A stretch of 64,000 nt of DNA from contig NC_067399.1 in NCBI RefSeq assembly GCF_016432865.1, positions 258,912,001 through 258,976,000 on the forward strand. The letters are read 5' to 3'. A program made the translations under genes and the position numbers. Positions 10,285 to 22,186 of the stretch are shown here, piece by piece. Below the pieces are notes generated by a model. The model was not told the DNA's origin, searched no databases, and was given only the letters and a program-made list of their open reading frames with translations. The stretch is from Antechinus flavipes (Eukaryota). Position 1 is the stretch's first letter. Each line of letters begins with the position of its first letter.

Positions 10285-12130
10285 AGTAAAATCAGCCAAT
10301 AAACATTAAGTCTTTACTATGTGTCTGACATTGTGCTGTCAGGATTACTAAGAAAGGCCAAAGACCTCAAGGAGCTCACATTCTAATAGGGGAGGCAAAA
10401 TGTAAATAACCAGATACATACAAAATACAGTAAGGTAACAGGGGCGGGGGAAGACTAGGAAAGCTCTTACAGGAAGTGGGATTTAAAGCTAACTCTTGAA
10501 AAAAGGCAGAGAAGCCAAAAGCGGAGATAAGGAGGCTTAGTCAGGGCAGAGGCACCAAAAGGAGTTGATGTGCCTCATGAGAAAACAGCAAGAAGTATGT
10601 CAGTGCAGCGGATTGCACCACAGGTGGAAGGGAGGAAAGAGCAAGATCGTGAAGAGATTTCAATATCAAACTGAGGGTTTGAGTTTTAGGATTTTTGGGG
10701 TTTGTTTTTGTTTTTTTTACCCTGAATAATAAGTCACTGGAATTTACTGAATAGAAGGATAGTATGGACACACCAGATTTTGCTTTAGCAGCTGAGTGAA
10801 GGATGGATTGGACTGGGGAGCGACTTGAGGCAGACAGGCCAATCAGAAGGCTATTGTGATACAGTAATGTTATTTGTGTTCAGTCGATTTCAGTGATATC
10901 TGACTTTTGTGAGCCTACTGGAGTTTTCTTGGCAAAGATGCTGGAGTGGCTTGCCATCTCCTTCTCCAGTTCATTTCACAAATGAGGAAACTGAAGCAAA
11001 CAGGGTTAAGTAACATCTAGGAAGTGCCCAAGGCCAGATTTGAACTCAGGAAGATGAATCTTCTTGACCCCAGAGCTAGTACTCTATTCACTGTGCTACT
11101 TAGGTGACTAGAGTCTGTAGATTTTATAGCTATAGAGACATGTATGTGTATAGATATAGATATATGGATGTGTGTATATGACATGTGTATTACACATGAC
11201 ATGTGAACACAGAAATAAGATGTGACAAAGTGGACGTGTGAGACGAGTTTAATTAAGAAGTAGAGGATGACAATGAGATTGTGGGCCCAAGTGATAGGAA
11301 CAGCATGGGTGCTGTCAACTGTAACATGAAATTTCAGAAGATTTGGGAATCCAGGTGCCTCTAAATAACCAGTTTGAAAAGTCCAAAACACAGTTGTTGT
11401 TGTAGAAATGGAGCATAGAAAAACGACTAGGGTCTTGATATGTGGGTCTGGAAATCAACAGCATAAAGATGATCATTAAAGTGACAGGAGCTGATGAGAT
11501 CACCAGGTGAGTAAGTACAGAGGAAGAAAGATGACGATCCAGGGCTTAGCCTTGGGAGACACACATAATTAATGGGTTAGTGGGGGAATAAAAACCCTAT
11601 AAAAGAGAATTTGAAGCAGTCAGACAAGGGGGCAAACTAAGAGAAATCAATGTCCTGACAACCTCAAGAGGAAAGAATATCTATGAGGAGATAAGTAGGT
11701 CAACAGTGTCAAGGCCTGCAGAAGGGTCAAGAAGGATGAGGATGGAGAAAAAAGGCTGTGAAATCTGGCAATTCAGTAACTTAGAAGGGAACTGTTTCAG
11801 CAAATGAGGTTCAGACAGTGTGAAAGGTTCAGAAACAAGAGAGAAGAGTATGTGAAGGTGTCATAGATTACTTTCTCAAGGAGTTTAGGTTTAGAGAGAG
11901 GAAAAATAGGGGATAGATCAAGTGAGGACTTTCTAAGGATGAGGGAAGGCAAAAGCATATTTATAGACAGCAAAGTAGGGAGAAGATTAGAAAGAAAATC
12001 AACATGATGTTGAGAGCAATCTTTTAGGGAAAACGAAAAATAATGGAATCGGAAAGGACTTGCCTCACCAAGGAAAAAGGACAATTCTTCATGTGACAGG
12101 AGGGAAAGAGGGGATAGTGAAGGAATACTT
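10285..12130 (-). mobile_element. Old L2 LINE remnant, interrupted by a MAR1 SINE and a simple repeat
   Basis: Starts with the reverse-complement L2 3' end (aataaacattaag...tactatgtgtctgacattgtgct), then purine-rich L2-like body; boundaries approximate. Confidence 0.65.
10861..11108 (-). mobile_element. MAR1-type marsupial SINE (CORE plus RTE/BovA-like tail)
   Basis: ttttcttggcaaagatgctggagtggcttgccatctccttctccag followed by CORE aaatgaggaaactga and gatttgaactcaggaag. Confidence 0.8.
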
Positions 12131-12249
12131 CCCTGATGTGAAATAGCTCTCCTATGTCTTTTTCAGTAGGCTAAAGATTCCATATCCCCTTCTCCTTCTC
12201 AGCAATCTAAGTATACCTTCTCCTGAATTCTTAGGTTGAAAAATAGCAA

Positions 12250-13790
12250 TGATTATATATTAACACACTGTTTTTTAAAAATGAGTTTTTCTGGGACATT
12301 AATGCACTATTGATGGAGTTGTGAACTGATCCAACCATTCTGGACAGCAATTTAGAATTATGTCCAAGGGGCTATAAAACTGCAAACTCTTTCATCCAAC
12401 AATACCACTTTGGGGTCTTTGGGACATCAGAAAAAGAAAAAAGAAGCTATTTGTACAAAAATATTTTTGGCAGCTTTTCTTGTGGTAGCTAAAAACTGGA
12501 AATTAAAGGGATGTCCATCTAAACAACTGTGATATGTGATTGTGATAGAATATTATTATGCTATAAAAAAATGACAAGTACGATGATTTTAGAAAAATCT
12601 GGACTTACATGAACTGATGCAAAGTGAAATGAGCAGAACTAGGAGAATGTTGTACACAGCAACAGCAATATTGTAAAATGAATTGTGAATGACTTAACTA
12701 TTCTTAGCAATACAGTGATTCAAGACAATCCCAAAAGATTAATGATGAAGCATACTACCTGCCTCCAGAGAAAGAACAGATGTTATCTGAATACAGACTA
12801 AAACATGATGTTTTTCACTTTCTTTCATTCTTTTTATTCATTCAAACTTTTCATTAATTTCAATAATCATCTAAAAGAGATCCCAAAATGAAAACTCCCA
12901 GGAATATTATACTCAAATTCCACACCAAAGAGAGAATACTTGAAGCAATCAGAAAGAAGCCATAGCCGCTACCTTGTTAAAGAGAAGAAAGGATTGGAAT
13001 ATAATATTCTGGAAAGCAAAAGAGCTAGAATTATAACCAAAAATAACCTAACCAGCAAAACTGAGTATAATCCTTCAAGGGGAAAAAAATGAATATTTAA
13101 TGAAATTAGGACTTTCAAATATTCCTAATAAAAAAGACCAGAACAGAATAGAAAATCTGACTTTCAAATACAAGATTAAAGAGAAATATAAAAAGAAATG
13201 ATGAGCAGGATGATTTCAGAAAAACCTGGAAAGACTTATATGATCTCATGCAAAGTGAAATGAAAAAACACTGTGAACATTAAACAGCAATATTGTAAAG
13301 ATAATCAACTGTGAAAGCTTTAGCTACTTTGATAAAGACAGTGATTCAAGGAACCATAAGGAAAATTACATCTAGAGAGAGAAATGATAAATTCTGAATG
13401 CAGATTGAAGTATTCATTTTTAGACTTTATTTTTTAATTTTTTTTTTTTACAAGATAGCTTATCTGGACATATGTTTTATATGACCTCATCTGTATAATC
13501 AAAATCAAAGTGTTTGCCTTCTCAAAGGGAGTGGGAAGAGTTAGAAAGGAGAGTATTTGGAACTCAAAAGTTTAAAAAACTGTTAAAAAATTTTCACATG
13601 AAATTGGGAAATATTTAATGAAATAAATATAAATCATTTTTTTAAAAGTTAGGTACCAATATGTTTAATCTATATTGGATGACTTACTGTCTAGAGGAAG
13701 GAGGGAGGAAAATTTGGAACACAAGATTTTGCAAGACTGAATGTTTAAAATTATCTTTGCATGTATTTTGAAAAAGAAAACCCCAAATGG
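12250..13790 (+). mobile_element. Cluster of fragmented L1 pieces (ORF2 end/3'UTR and an ORF1-like fragment)
   Basis: Marsupial L1 3' motifs (tacatgaactgatgcaaagtgaaatgagcagaac; gcaatacagtgattcaagacaat) and ORF1-like aaagagatcccaaaatgaaaactcccaggaatatt; no intact ORF. Confidence 0.75.
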
Positions 13791-14569
13791 GGTCATGAAA
13801 AGTTGGATATGACTGTACAGCAACAAATATGCCATAGCTATACATATTCCCCTAATCTACCTGTCTAGTAACCCTGTGAAAAAAAAGGGGAATGAGGTTA
13901 GTCTCATCACTACTCTTCTAAGATGATATAGATATACTCTCTGACATGGACTTCACTATCTCATTCTTCTTTCTGTTCCAAATATTTGCACTAAACTGTA
14001 CCCTCTTTTCTTACTTCCTAGACAACTCTTTCCAAGTCCCAACAATTAAACCTCTCTTCACACTACACATACTGAATTATCCTTCCTATACAAGGGCTGA
14101 ATTGCTCCCCACTATTCCAAATTAACTCACCAGCTTCCAAGCACTCAATTCAAACACTAGTTCTCCATTTACACACTTTCCTTCACCTCACACATACCTA
14201 CATACATATCTATATATACATGTGTACATATATACAAACATACATATTGAAGTCACTCTACTCAATGGTCACTACCCCAGAAAGGGGAAGAATGGGCAAT
14301 CTAGGGACTAAGAAGGAGGCTACTTCCCACAGCTCCTCATTGACTTACAACTTGGCCAGGAGACCAACAGCAGTCTGTGGATACCTACAGCTGGTCTTCC
14401 TTTCCCTATCTTTCTCCTAACTTCTGCTTAACATATATAAATCAGAAGATTTTAACATCTATTAAAAGACAACCTGGAGAGAAAAGTCAAAACCCCACTC
14501 TGCAAACAAAAATGTATATAAACTTGGAGGTTCACTCGCTAAGAAGAAAAAGATCCAGAGAGGCAGGGT

Positions 14570-14790
14570 ACCAGTGTGAAACAATGCTATTTGGAGTGGG
14601 AGAAACCTCGGTTCAAAACCTGCCTCCAACACAGACTAGCTGTATGACCATGAGCTAATGTTTAATCTTTCTGAGCTTTGGTATCCTCATTTGTAAAATA
14701 GCGATGACAATAACTGTGGTACTTTTCTTGAAGGATTGTTGTAAGGTTCAGATAAGATAATGTAAAGGTTTTGCCTAAATGCTAGTAATG
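14570..14790 (+). mobile_element. MIR remnant
   Basis: ctagctgtatgaccatgagc...cctcatttgtaaaatag...aggattgttgtaagg. Confidence 0.7.
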
Positions 14791-17369
14791 CTTAAATGAT
14801 CCAGAATGTGGCAATTTGCAGTGTTTTTTCCTATAAAATCCCACCCAATCATATTTTCAATTCCTGTATGCTGTCAGGAGGTCTCTGGTTCAATTCGGGC
14901 CCCAGGCCAAAGAGCATCTCCTGAGCAAGCCAGGGGAGTGCTCAGGATTTACCCCAAGTGCAAAGCTGGGTGGGTCTGCAGTCTGGTGGCTAGTCAGGAT
15001 TCCCATAAAGTGGCACTTTCTCTACGTTCTCCACCCACTGTTCCAATCTTGCATCTTTTCTGTAGTTTAACAGACCCACTACTCCCCCTCAAGCCTATAG
15101 AAGGACCTGCTCATTTCACCCTGCACATAATCATTTGCACCCTTTCCTCCAATTCATTCATTCATGCTGCTTCTCTCCCAAACTTGGAATGTCCTCTCCA
15201 AATCCTTCAAGGCCCAGCCCACCTACCTCCTCCCTCAACTCCTCCATATATCTTTCTAGCATTTTCTCCTCCTTCTGGCCTCTGACAGAGCCAGCTAGAT
15301 CTTACCCCTCCTTTCATAAACTTATTCCCAGCTCTTACCTTTACTCATATTATTTCCTTCCTCTCCTAGAATGAACCCCAATCCTTTCCACGTAGATAAA
15401 TCCTATCTAGCTTTCCAGATCTAGCTCAAGTCCCACCTCCCCACAGTCCATCCTACCAGCTCCAGCCCACAATGGCCTCTCCCCTCTCTGAACTCCTCCA
15501 GCTGAATCCACAGGCCTGTTTAGGAGTTAATCTTCTAGTCCACTAAAGTCCTCCTCCGAGGCCTCACCATAGTTTGGAGGTGACCGCTTTTTTCAAACAC
15601 AAACAATTTTCAATATTTATTTAAAGTTAAGCCAATAATAAGCTATTTATAAAGAAGAAAAACATTGCACAAACTGGGCTCCAGAGTTCTGACCTTCTGC
15701 ATGTTCCCATCAGATGTGCCATTCAGGTCTTTCTCCTCTACAACCCTTTTTCCTGAATGCCCTGGCCTGCCTCCCCAGCCTAAGTTCCCAGGGTCACATG
15801 AATGCACAGAGGACATTCCAGTTCAGTGATCCATCTTTTCTCTGTCCCCTGGGAACAGGCACAGGCCGTTCAGGGGCCCCCTATAGAGGGAGGTGGACTT
15901 TGGCCTTGATCTGCCAACTGTGTCTAGGGAAGAATAGCCATTGCTTCCCCTCAACTCTCCCTAGGAACAGAAAGGAAAAAACAGCCAGTGTACAAAAGGT
16001 GACATGATAGTCCATCCCTCGCTAATGACATGGTTTCACTCAATTCCCCTGGGCCGACAGGGCATAACTAATGCCATCTATTTGGACCCTGGTGATTTCT
16101 TGTGTACCAGTACTGCCTAAACCCTCCCTCACAAATAGCCACTCCCAGCTCAGAAATACAGTTATTTATACCCTGGGCTCCGGAAGAGGAAATCAGTGTT
16201 TAGGCTTGTTGCACAGGGTGTGTATTCCTGCCTGGAAAAATACCATTTGGCCTTGATGGGAATGGGGGTGGAGGGAGAGGAGAGTATATATAGCAGAGTC
16301 ATGTGACCCTGAAGACTTCTAGTAAGCAGGTGGTAGGGACCCATGTACCTGTTAAGCTGGCTATTGCCCTGACTTCGGGACAACAATTTGAGCTGCTCTG
16401 AGTTTTGGTTCAGATGCCAATGAGAGGGTCTTTACACTCTGAAGCTCCTAAATGCTTTTCCTCCTCTAAGAAAATGGCCAAATGAGAGCTGGATAACCCT
16501 GATTTCCCATCTTACTCCTCTCCCAAAAAAACACCAGCCTTAGTGTATGAGAGGAAAGCCCAGCCCAGGGAGTTTATTCTGTCTCAGCTGAGTTGCAGTC
16601 ATAGCAAACAAACACCCCAACCCCCGGATGTGCTACTACCCCCACCTCCAGGCAAGCCACAACCCCAGCAAGAAGCAACAGGCCTGCCTTGGTCCTTCTC
16701 CAGGAACAGTTCCCAGATACATGTCCCAGCTGGAGAAGCATGCAGTTCATCCAGCATCCTGGCCTGGAATCAGGCAGATACTCTGGACGGGCCTTGAAGG
16801 ACACAGTCATGGCAGGGAAAGGCCATGGGCTACCTCAGAGAGACTGGTGCAGAGAGTCAGTGCTTCCAGAGACCCTGCCGAAGCTGACCACCAGTCAGTG
16901 AAGGAATTAGGAAAAATCCCACTGACTCGCATGTTACTGCCTGACCCACTAGATTAGCTTAAACTGTACTTCTTCCAGCTGTATTCAGAAAATCTCAAAA
17001 AAGTTCCGCCCTCAATCTCTCTCAGATTAAAAAAGATTCTTTAGAATGCTCTCTTAGGAAAAAAGAAGAGAAAACATTCCTAGGTCTTTTCAGCAGGAAT
17101 GTAGGAGACTCCAGGTATGGAATATTTTGGATGCCGCCAGACAAAGTTGGGTGGGTTTTGCTCAAGAAGAGTGCCATGGGGGAGGAAAAATTGGGAGGTT
17201 ATTGGCACATTAAAAAAAAAATTGGGGGTGGAGAGAAGGGGAGTAGATAGCCCTGTAGCCCATCAAACAATTCCAAGGAGCTATTTTCTCCATTATTCAC
17301 AGATTTCAGAAATAGTTCAGTCCCCTTAAAATTCAGCCTAAACCCTATAGGGAAAAATAGGAATAGGGA

Positions 17370-17880
17370 ATAAGCATTTTTATGGTAGTTGCTATATGTC
17401 AGGCACTGTGCAACCTTTTTTTTTTTTTTTTTTTTTTTTAATAAATTTTACAAATATTATCACTTGATCCTCACAACAATCCTGCAGGATAAGTATTATT
17501 ATTATATCCCCATCTTAAAATTGAGGAAATTGAGAGAAATAGAAGTCATTTCCCCAGAGTCACTGAGTGTCTGATGCCAAATATGACTTCCTAACTCTCA
17601 GCCTTGTCCTTTTATCCAATTCAATCACTTAGATACCTCTCTAGTCCACTTGGGTTCTGAAAAGTACTTCCCAATTATCCATGGAAGTACAGGGAGACCA
17701 TGGTATAAATGGGAAAACCACTGCGCTGGGAGTCACATGACATCTTGGTTCTACCATGTCCTAACTGTGTGACCTTAAACAAGTCCCCCTTTTGGAGCCT
17801 CAGTTTCCTCATCTATAAAATATAGAGATTTGAACTAGATCATTGATAAGGTCTCTCCCAGCTCTAATAGCCAATAACTC
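17370..17880. mobile_element. Two MIR remnants in opposite orientation (- ~17370-17640; + ~17690-17880)
   Basis: CORE motifs gaggaaattgag (minus) and cctcagtttcctcatctataaaat (plus); T24 run inside the first. Confidence 0.7.
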
Positions 17881-18674
17881 TATCAGGTAAAGCCCAAATT
17901 ATGGTGATACTTGATAATCAGGAGGTCAAGAGGGAAGTCATTCAGAGGGGAATAAGACTCATATCTGCCCAAGGGGCCAAGGTGAAGCATTTCAGGTGCA
18001 AGGTAACACTGTAGGGCCCAAGCCTAGCCAGCTCCCCAGGCAGCGGCCACAATGGCTGGCCAGAAGCAGCCCAGCATTCTATCCTCAACTAGTACAGACA
18101 ATATCCCTTACAATGACCTGCCAATAGTGGGGGTCCTCAGAAAAAAGGGCAGATAGGACCAAAGTATGTCCTAGCTGCTTGCTCCTGCCCACTCTGAGGG
18201 AATAGATCTGGATTTGTCCTCCCTCAAAAGATTACTGCCACATATAAAAAGTCTGTTTCCTCTTCCCTATGTCCCTCTGCCAAAGGCTTTCATCCAACAG
18301 AGGAAGAAGCCACAGATGACATCAGCATCTCTTCTAGGGGCTATTCCTAGTACTTGGCACCATGCTTAATACAACACTTAACAAATGTTTATTGAATTGA
18401 ACTGAATTGTCAGCATGGTAACAGGGGAAATACACTACTAGTGGAAGTAGAAGATTCCAATTTAAATCCCACCTCTGAAGCAATTCATTTATCTCCCTGA
18501 GTCCTAATTTTCTCACCTGTGAACTTCTGCTGGACATCCCTACAAGGATAAGTGTCACACTTTCACTCTCTTTCCTCCTATATCTACCCTTCCTCCTAAA
18601 TTTCCTATTTTCTTTTAGAAAGGTATCATGATCTGACATCAACTAGGGAATGGCTGAATAAGTTGTACCATTTG

Positions 18675-19170
18675 AATGGAATGGAATACTATTGTTCTAT
18701 AAGAAATGCAGATTTCAGAAAAACCTGAAAAGTCTTCTAAGAATTGATGCTGAGTAAAGTAAGCAAAATCAGAACACTGTACACAATAACAGCAACATTG
18801 TGTGATGATCAACTATTATGGAATTAGCTTTTCTTAGGAATACAGTGATCCAAGATAACTCCAATAGACCTGGGATAGAAAATGCCATCTTCATCCAGAA
18901 AAAGAGCTATAGAGACTGAATACGGATAAAAACATACTATTTTCACCTTTTTTAAAATTCTTTTTTCCCTTTTTCTTTTACAACATGATGAATATGGAAA
19001 TATGTTTAAAGGTGACTGTCGTACATGTCTAACTGATATCAAGATTGCTTGCTGTCTTGGAGAGGGAGTAGGTAGGAAAGGAAGGGAGAAAAAATTTGGA
19101 ATTCAAAATCTTACAATTACATGTAATTGGAAAAAAATAAAATAGTGTTAAATAAAAATAATAATTGTTA
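18675..19170 (+). mobile_element. L1 3' fragment
   Basis: tggaatactattgttctataagaaatg...aatacagtgatccaagataactcc...A-rich tail. Confidence 0.8.
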
Positions 19171-19239
19171 GCTGAAAAAAAAAATACTATCATGCTTCTA
19201 GTTATCCAAGTTTCCATCCTCTGATTCATTCTCAACCCT

Positions 19240-20640
19240 TCATTTTCCCTCACCCGTCATAGTTATTCAGTAATAAAGCCTTGTCAATTTTACTATCAGC
19301 ACATGCTGGGCATCCATTTCCCTTTCCAAAACTAGCATCTCGGTTCAGGGCCTCTCCCCTTGAATAGCCTCCTATTTGACTTCCCTGATTCTTGAATTTC
19401 TCTCCTTATCCAATCACCAAATCAGCAAGATTCAGGAAGACACAACCACTTTGTGTTCATGGAATTCAGGGGAAGACTGATCATTGGCCTAGTTCTCTCC
19501 AGGCACAGAAAACATCTCAGAATAATAATAAACAGAAGTAAATGTGCTGTCCTTGAGAAAAAAGCTTTATGTGACAACATGATATTCCTAAAGTACCAAT
19601 CTGACCTAGTCATACTTCTGCTCAAAATGCATCAGCAGTTTCCTATTGCCTCTAGGATACATACAATGCCTGTGTTGGGCCTTTAACGCCCTTCACAATC
19701 TACCTCCAACATTTTTTTTCCCAAAATGATTTCTCACCACTCCCTCTCACTTTATGTTCCAGACAAACTAGCTTACTTGCCATTCCATCTTTCTCTTAGT
19801 AAACAGTTTCCCCCAAAGCTGAAATGCTTTCCTCTCACTCCTGCCTATTAAAATCCCTTGCTCGGATGAATACAGAGAGACTTGGAGAGACTTACATGAA
19901 CTGATGCTAAGTGAAATGAGCAGAACCAGGAGATCACTTTACACTTCGACAATGATATTGTATGAGGATGTATTCTGATGGAAGTGGATTTCTTTGACAA
20001 AGACTCAGTTTCAATTGATAAATGATGGATATTCTCACTGCAGGGCCAGTACTCTATCTACTGTGGTACCTAATTGCCCATACCATAGTCTCTTTGATTA
20101 TTCTGGTTATTTCCTCATCAGTTGACATCTGCTGATTTCACCTTTGGGGATGAACCAAGTATTACTATGAAGTTTTTGGTACCTTTTTTATTTTTTTCTG
20201 AATTTGACATCTTATGGTGGGAGGTGGAGGAAGAATATGCTTCACCCAAAGAAAGAACACTGGGAAACGAATGTGAACTATTTGCATTTTTGTTTTTCTT
20301 TCCGAGTTGTTTTTACCTTCTGAATCCAATTTTCCCTGTGCAACAAGAGAACTGCTCAGTTCTGCAAACATGTATTGTATCTAGGATATACTGCAACATA
20401 TCTAACATATATAGGACTGCTTGCCATCTAAGGGAGGGGGTGGAGGGAGGGAGGGGAAAAATCGGAACAGAAGTGAGTGTAAGGGATAATGTAAAAAATT
20501 ATCCTGGCATGGGTTCTGTCAATATAAAGTTATTATAAAATAAAATAAAATATAAAAAATTAAAATAAAATCCCTTGCTCCATTCAAGCTCACCTCAAGT
20601 ACAACCATCTACAAAAAGTCTTTCCTACAACTCACCCTTC
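19240..20640 (+). mobile_element. L2 remnant split by the younger L1 at 19864-20566
   Basis: L2-like gttcagggcctctc...aatagcctcct and ccattcaagctcacctcaag...ttcctacaac on either side of the L1 TSDs. Confidence 0.6.
19864..20566 (+). mobile_element. 5'-truncated L1 with 14-bp TSD and an internal foreign insert (~20030-20242)
   Basis: TSD AAAATCCCTTGCTC at 19850-19863 and 20567-20580; TT/AAAA endonuclease site; L1 3'UTR and A-rich tail. Confidence 0.9.
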
Positions 20641-20650
20641 CCAAAATTAT

Positions 20651-20674
20651 ACACACACACACACACACACACAC
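20651..20674. repeat. (AC)12 microsatellite
   Basis: Read directly. Confidence 0.95.
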
Positions 20675-21646
20675 AGAGCTAGCAGAGATAACGTGAAAGA
20701 AGGAAGTGAAAATGGAAACAAGGAAGGAAGAAAGGAAAAGAAAGAAAAACCGGCACGCATTTAAAGCCCCACATACCAGACATGGGAAGACTAGCATCAC
20801 TATGAAGTGATCCATGTAGTCTGTATTTCAATTTGGAATCATGCAATACAAGGAACTAAACTGTTCATATCATTTAAACCAGAAATCCTGCAGCTAAGCA
20901 TATTCTTCCTCCACCTCCCACCATAAGATGTCAAATTCAGAAAGATCAGATTCAGAAAGGATCTGCATATTGCAGGAACCACTTCTTATAGGAGTCCCTT
21001 TCTGATATTAATGGTCCTGCTACATCAAACTTACTCCGTCTTTGTCTATTTTATTAATCTTTAGTGGTGTGTACATTTTCCCAGGCAGCACAGAACCTAT
21101 CTGAAAGCAGGAACTGTTTTCCTTTGCTAGAACACAGTGCCTAGCACTCAATGACTGTCAAATTGAAAACCACCCACCTCCTTGAGGAACACTCAAAAGT
21201 TCATTCAGTCTTAGTATTTATCAAATAGTAGGCATTTAATAAATAATTGTTTCTTAACATTATTCATGACATCTTACTACAACTCCTATTATCCACTAAG
21301 TGGACAAGGAACCAGAACTTGGACTCAAAAAAGTTAATTTAGAGACAAATCCCACCTCATACAACTCCCACTGGACAAGTCATTTAACTGGACTTTTCAT
21401 TTTTGGACTATTCAAGTCACCAAGGTCTTTACTTTGTTAATGTTTAACAAAAGCTAGTAACTGCTTTTACCCTTTGAGCCCTGTAATCATGCTTCAGGAA
21501 ATAAACTCTAAGGAAATAACAACAACCAAAAAAAAAAATTGTAAAAAGATATTCATAACTCAAAATTTTTCCAAAAAATTAATGTTTAAAATTGTCTTTA
21601 CATGAAATTGGGGGAAAATAAGATGTTATTTTTAAAAAGAGCCAGT

Positions 21647-22186
21647 CAGTTCCAATGATCTTGTGATGAAAAGAGCCATCTGTACCCAGAGAGAGCACTG
21701 CAGGAATTGAGTGTGGATCACAACACAGTATTTTCACTGTTTTTGTTGCTGTTTAAGTGCATTTTGTTTTGTTTCTCTTCTTTTTGTCCCATTTAGATCT
21801 GATTTTTCTTGTGCAGCCTGCCGTATGGAAATATGTAGAAGAATTGCAGATGGATTAAAAGGAATAAAAGGAACTCGGCAAACAAAAGCACTGCCTGTTT
21901 ACCAAAAACATCACCTCTAGCATTTACCAGTATTAGAGGCACTGCCTACCCGGTGAGTTGTAACTTTAAAGGCCGTGGTATCCTGACCGAGCATAAACAG
22001 GGACTAGTATGAATGGAATAAAGAGGGTTTAACAGTTTAACATAAATTGGATTACTTGCCATCTAAGGGAGGGGGTGAGGGAAAGGGCAGGGGGAATCTG
22101 GACACAAGGTTTTGCAAGAGTGAATGTTAAAAATTATCTATGCATATGTTTTAAAAATAAAAAAAGTTTTAAAAATTAAAAAAAAA
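21647..22186 (+). mobile_element. 5'-truncated L1 3'UTR fragment with 13-bp TSD, hosting a NUMT
   Basis: TSD AAAAAGAGCCAGT at 21634-21646 and 22187-22199; TT/AAAA site; poly(A) tail; L1 3'UTR motifs flank the mtDNA piece. Confidence 0.88.
21853..22036 (+). pseudogene. MT-RNR2 (nuclear copy): NUMT: decayed fragment of mitochondrial 16S rRNA
   Basis: AAAAGGAACTCGGCAAA, CCTGTTTACCAAAAACATCACCTCTAGC, AGTATTAGAGGCACTGCCT, GGCCGTGGTATCCTGACCG and GGGACTAGTATGAATGG are hallmark vertebrate 16S segments; two internal deletions versus recalled 16S. Confidence 0.93.
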
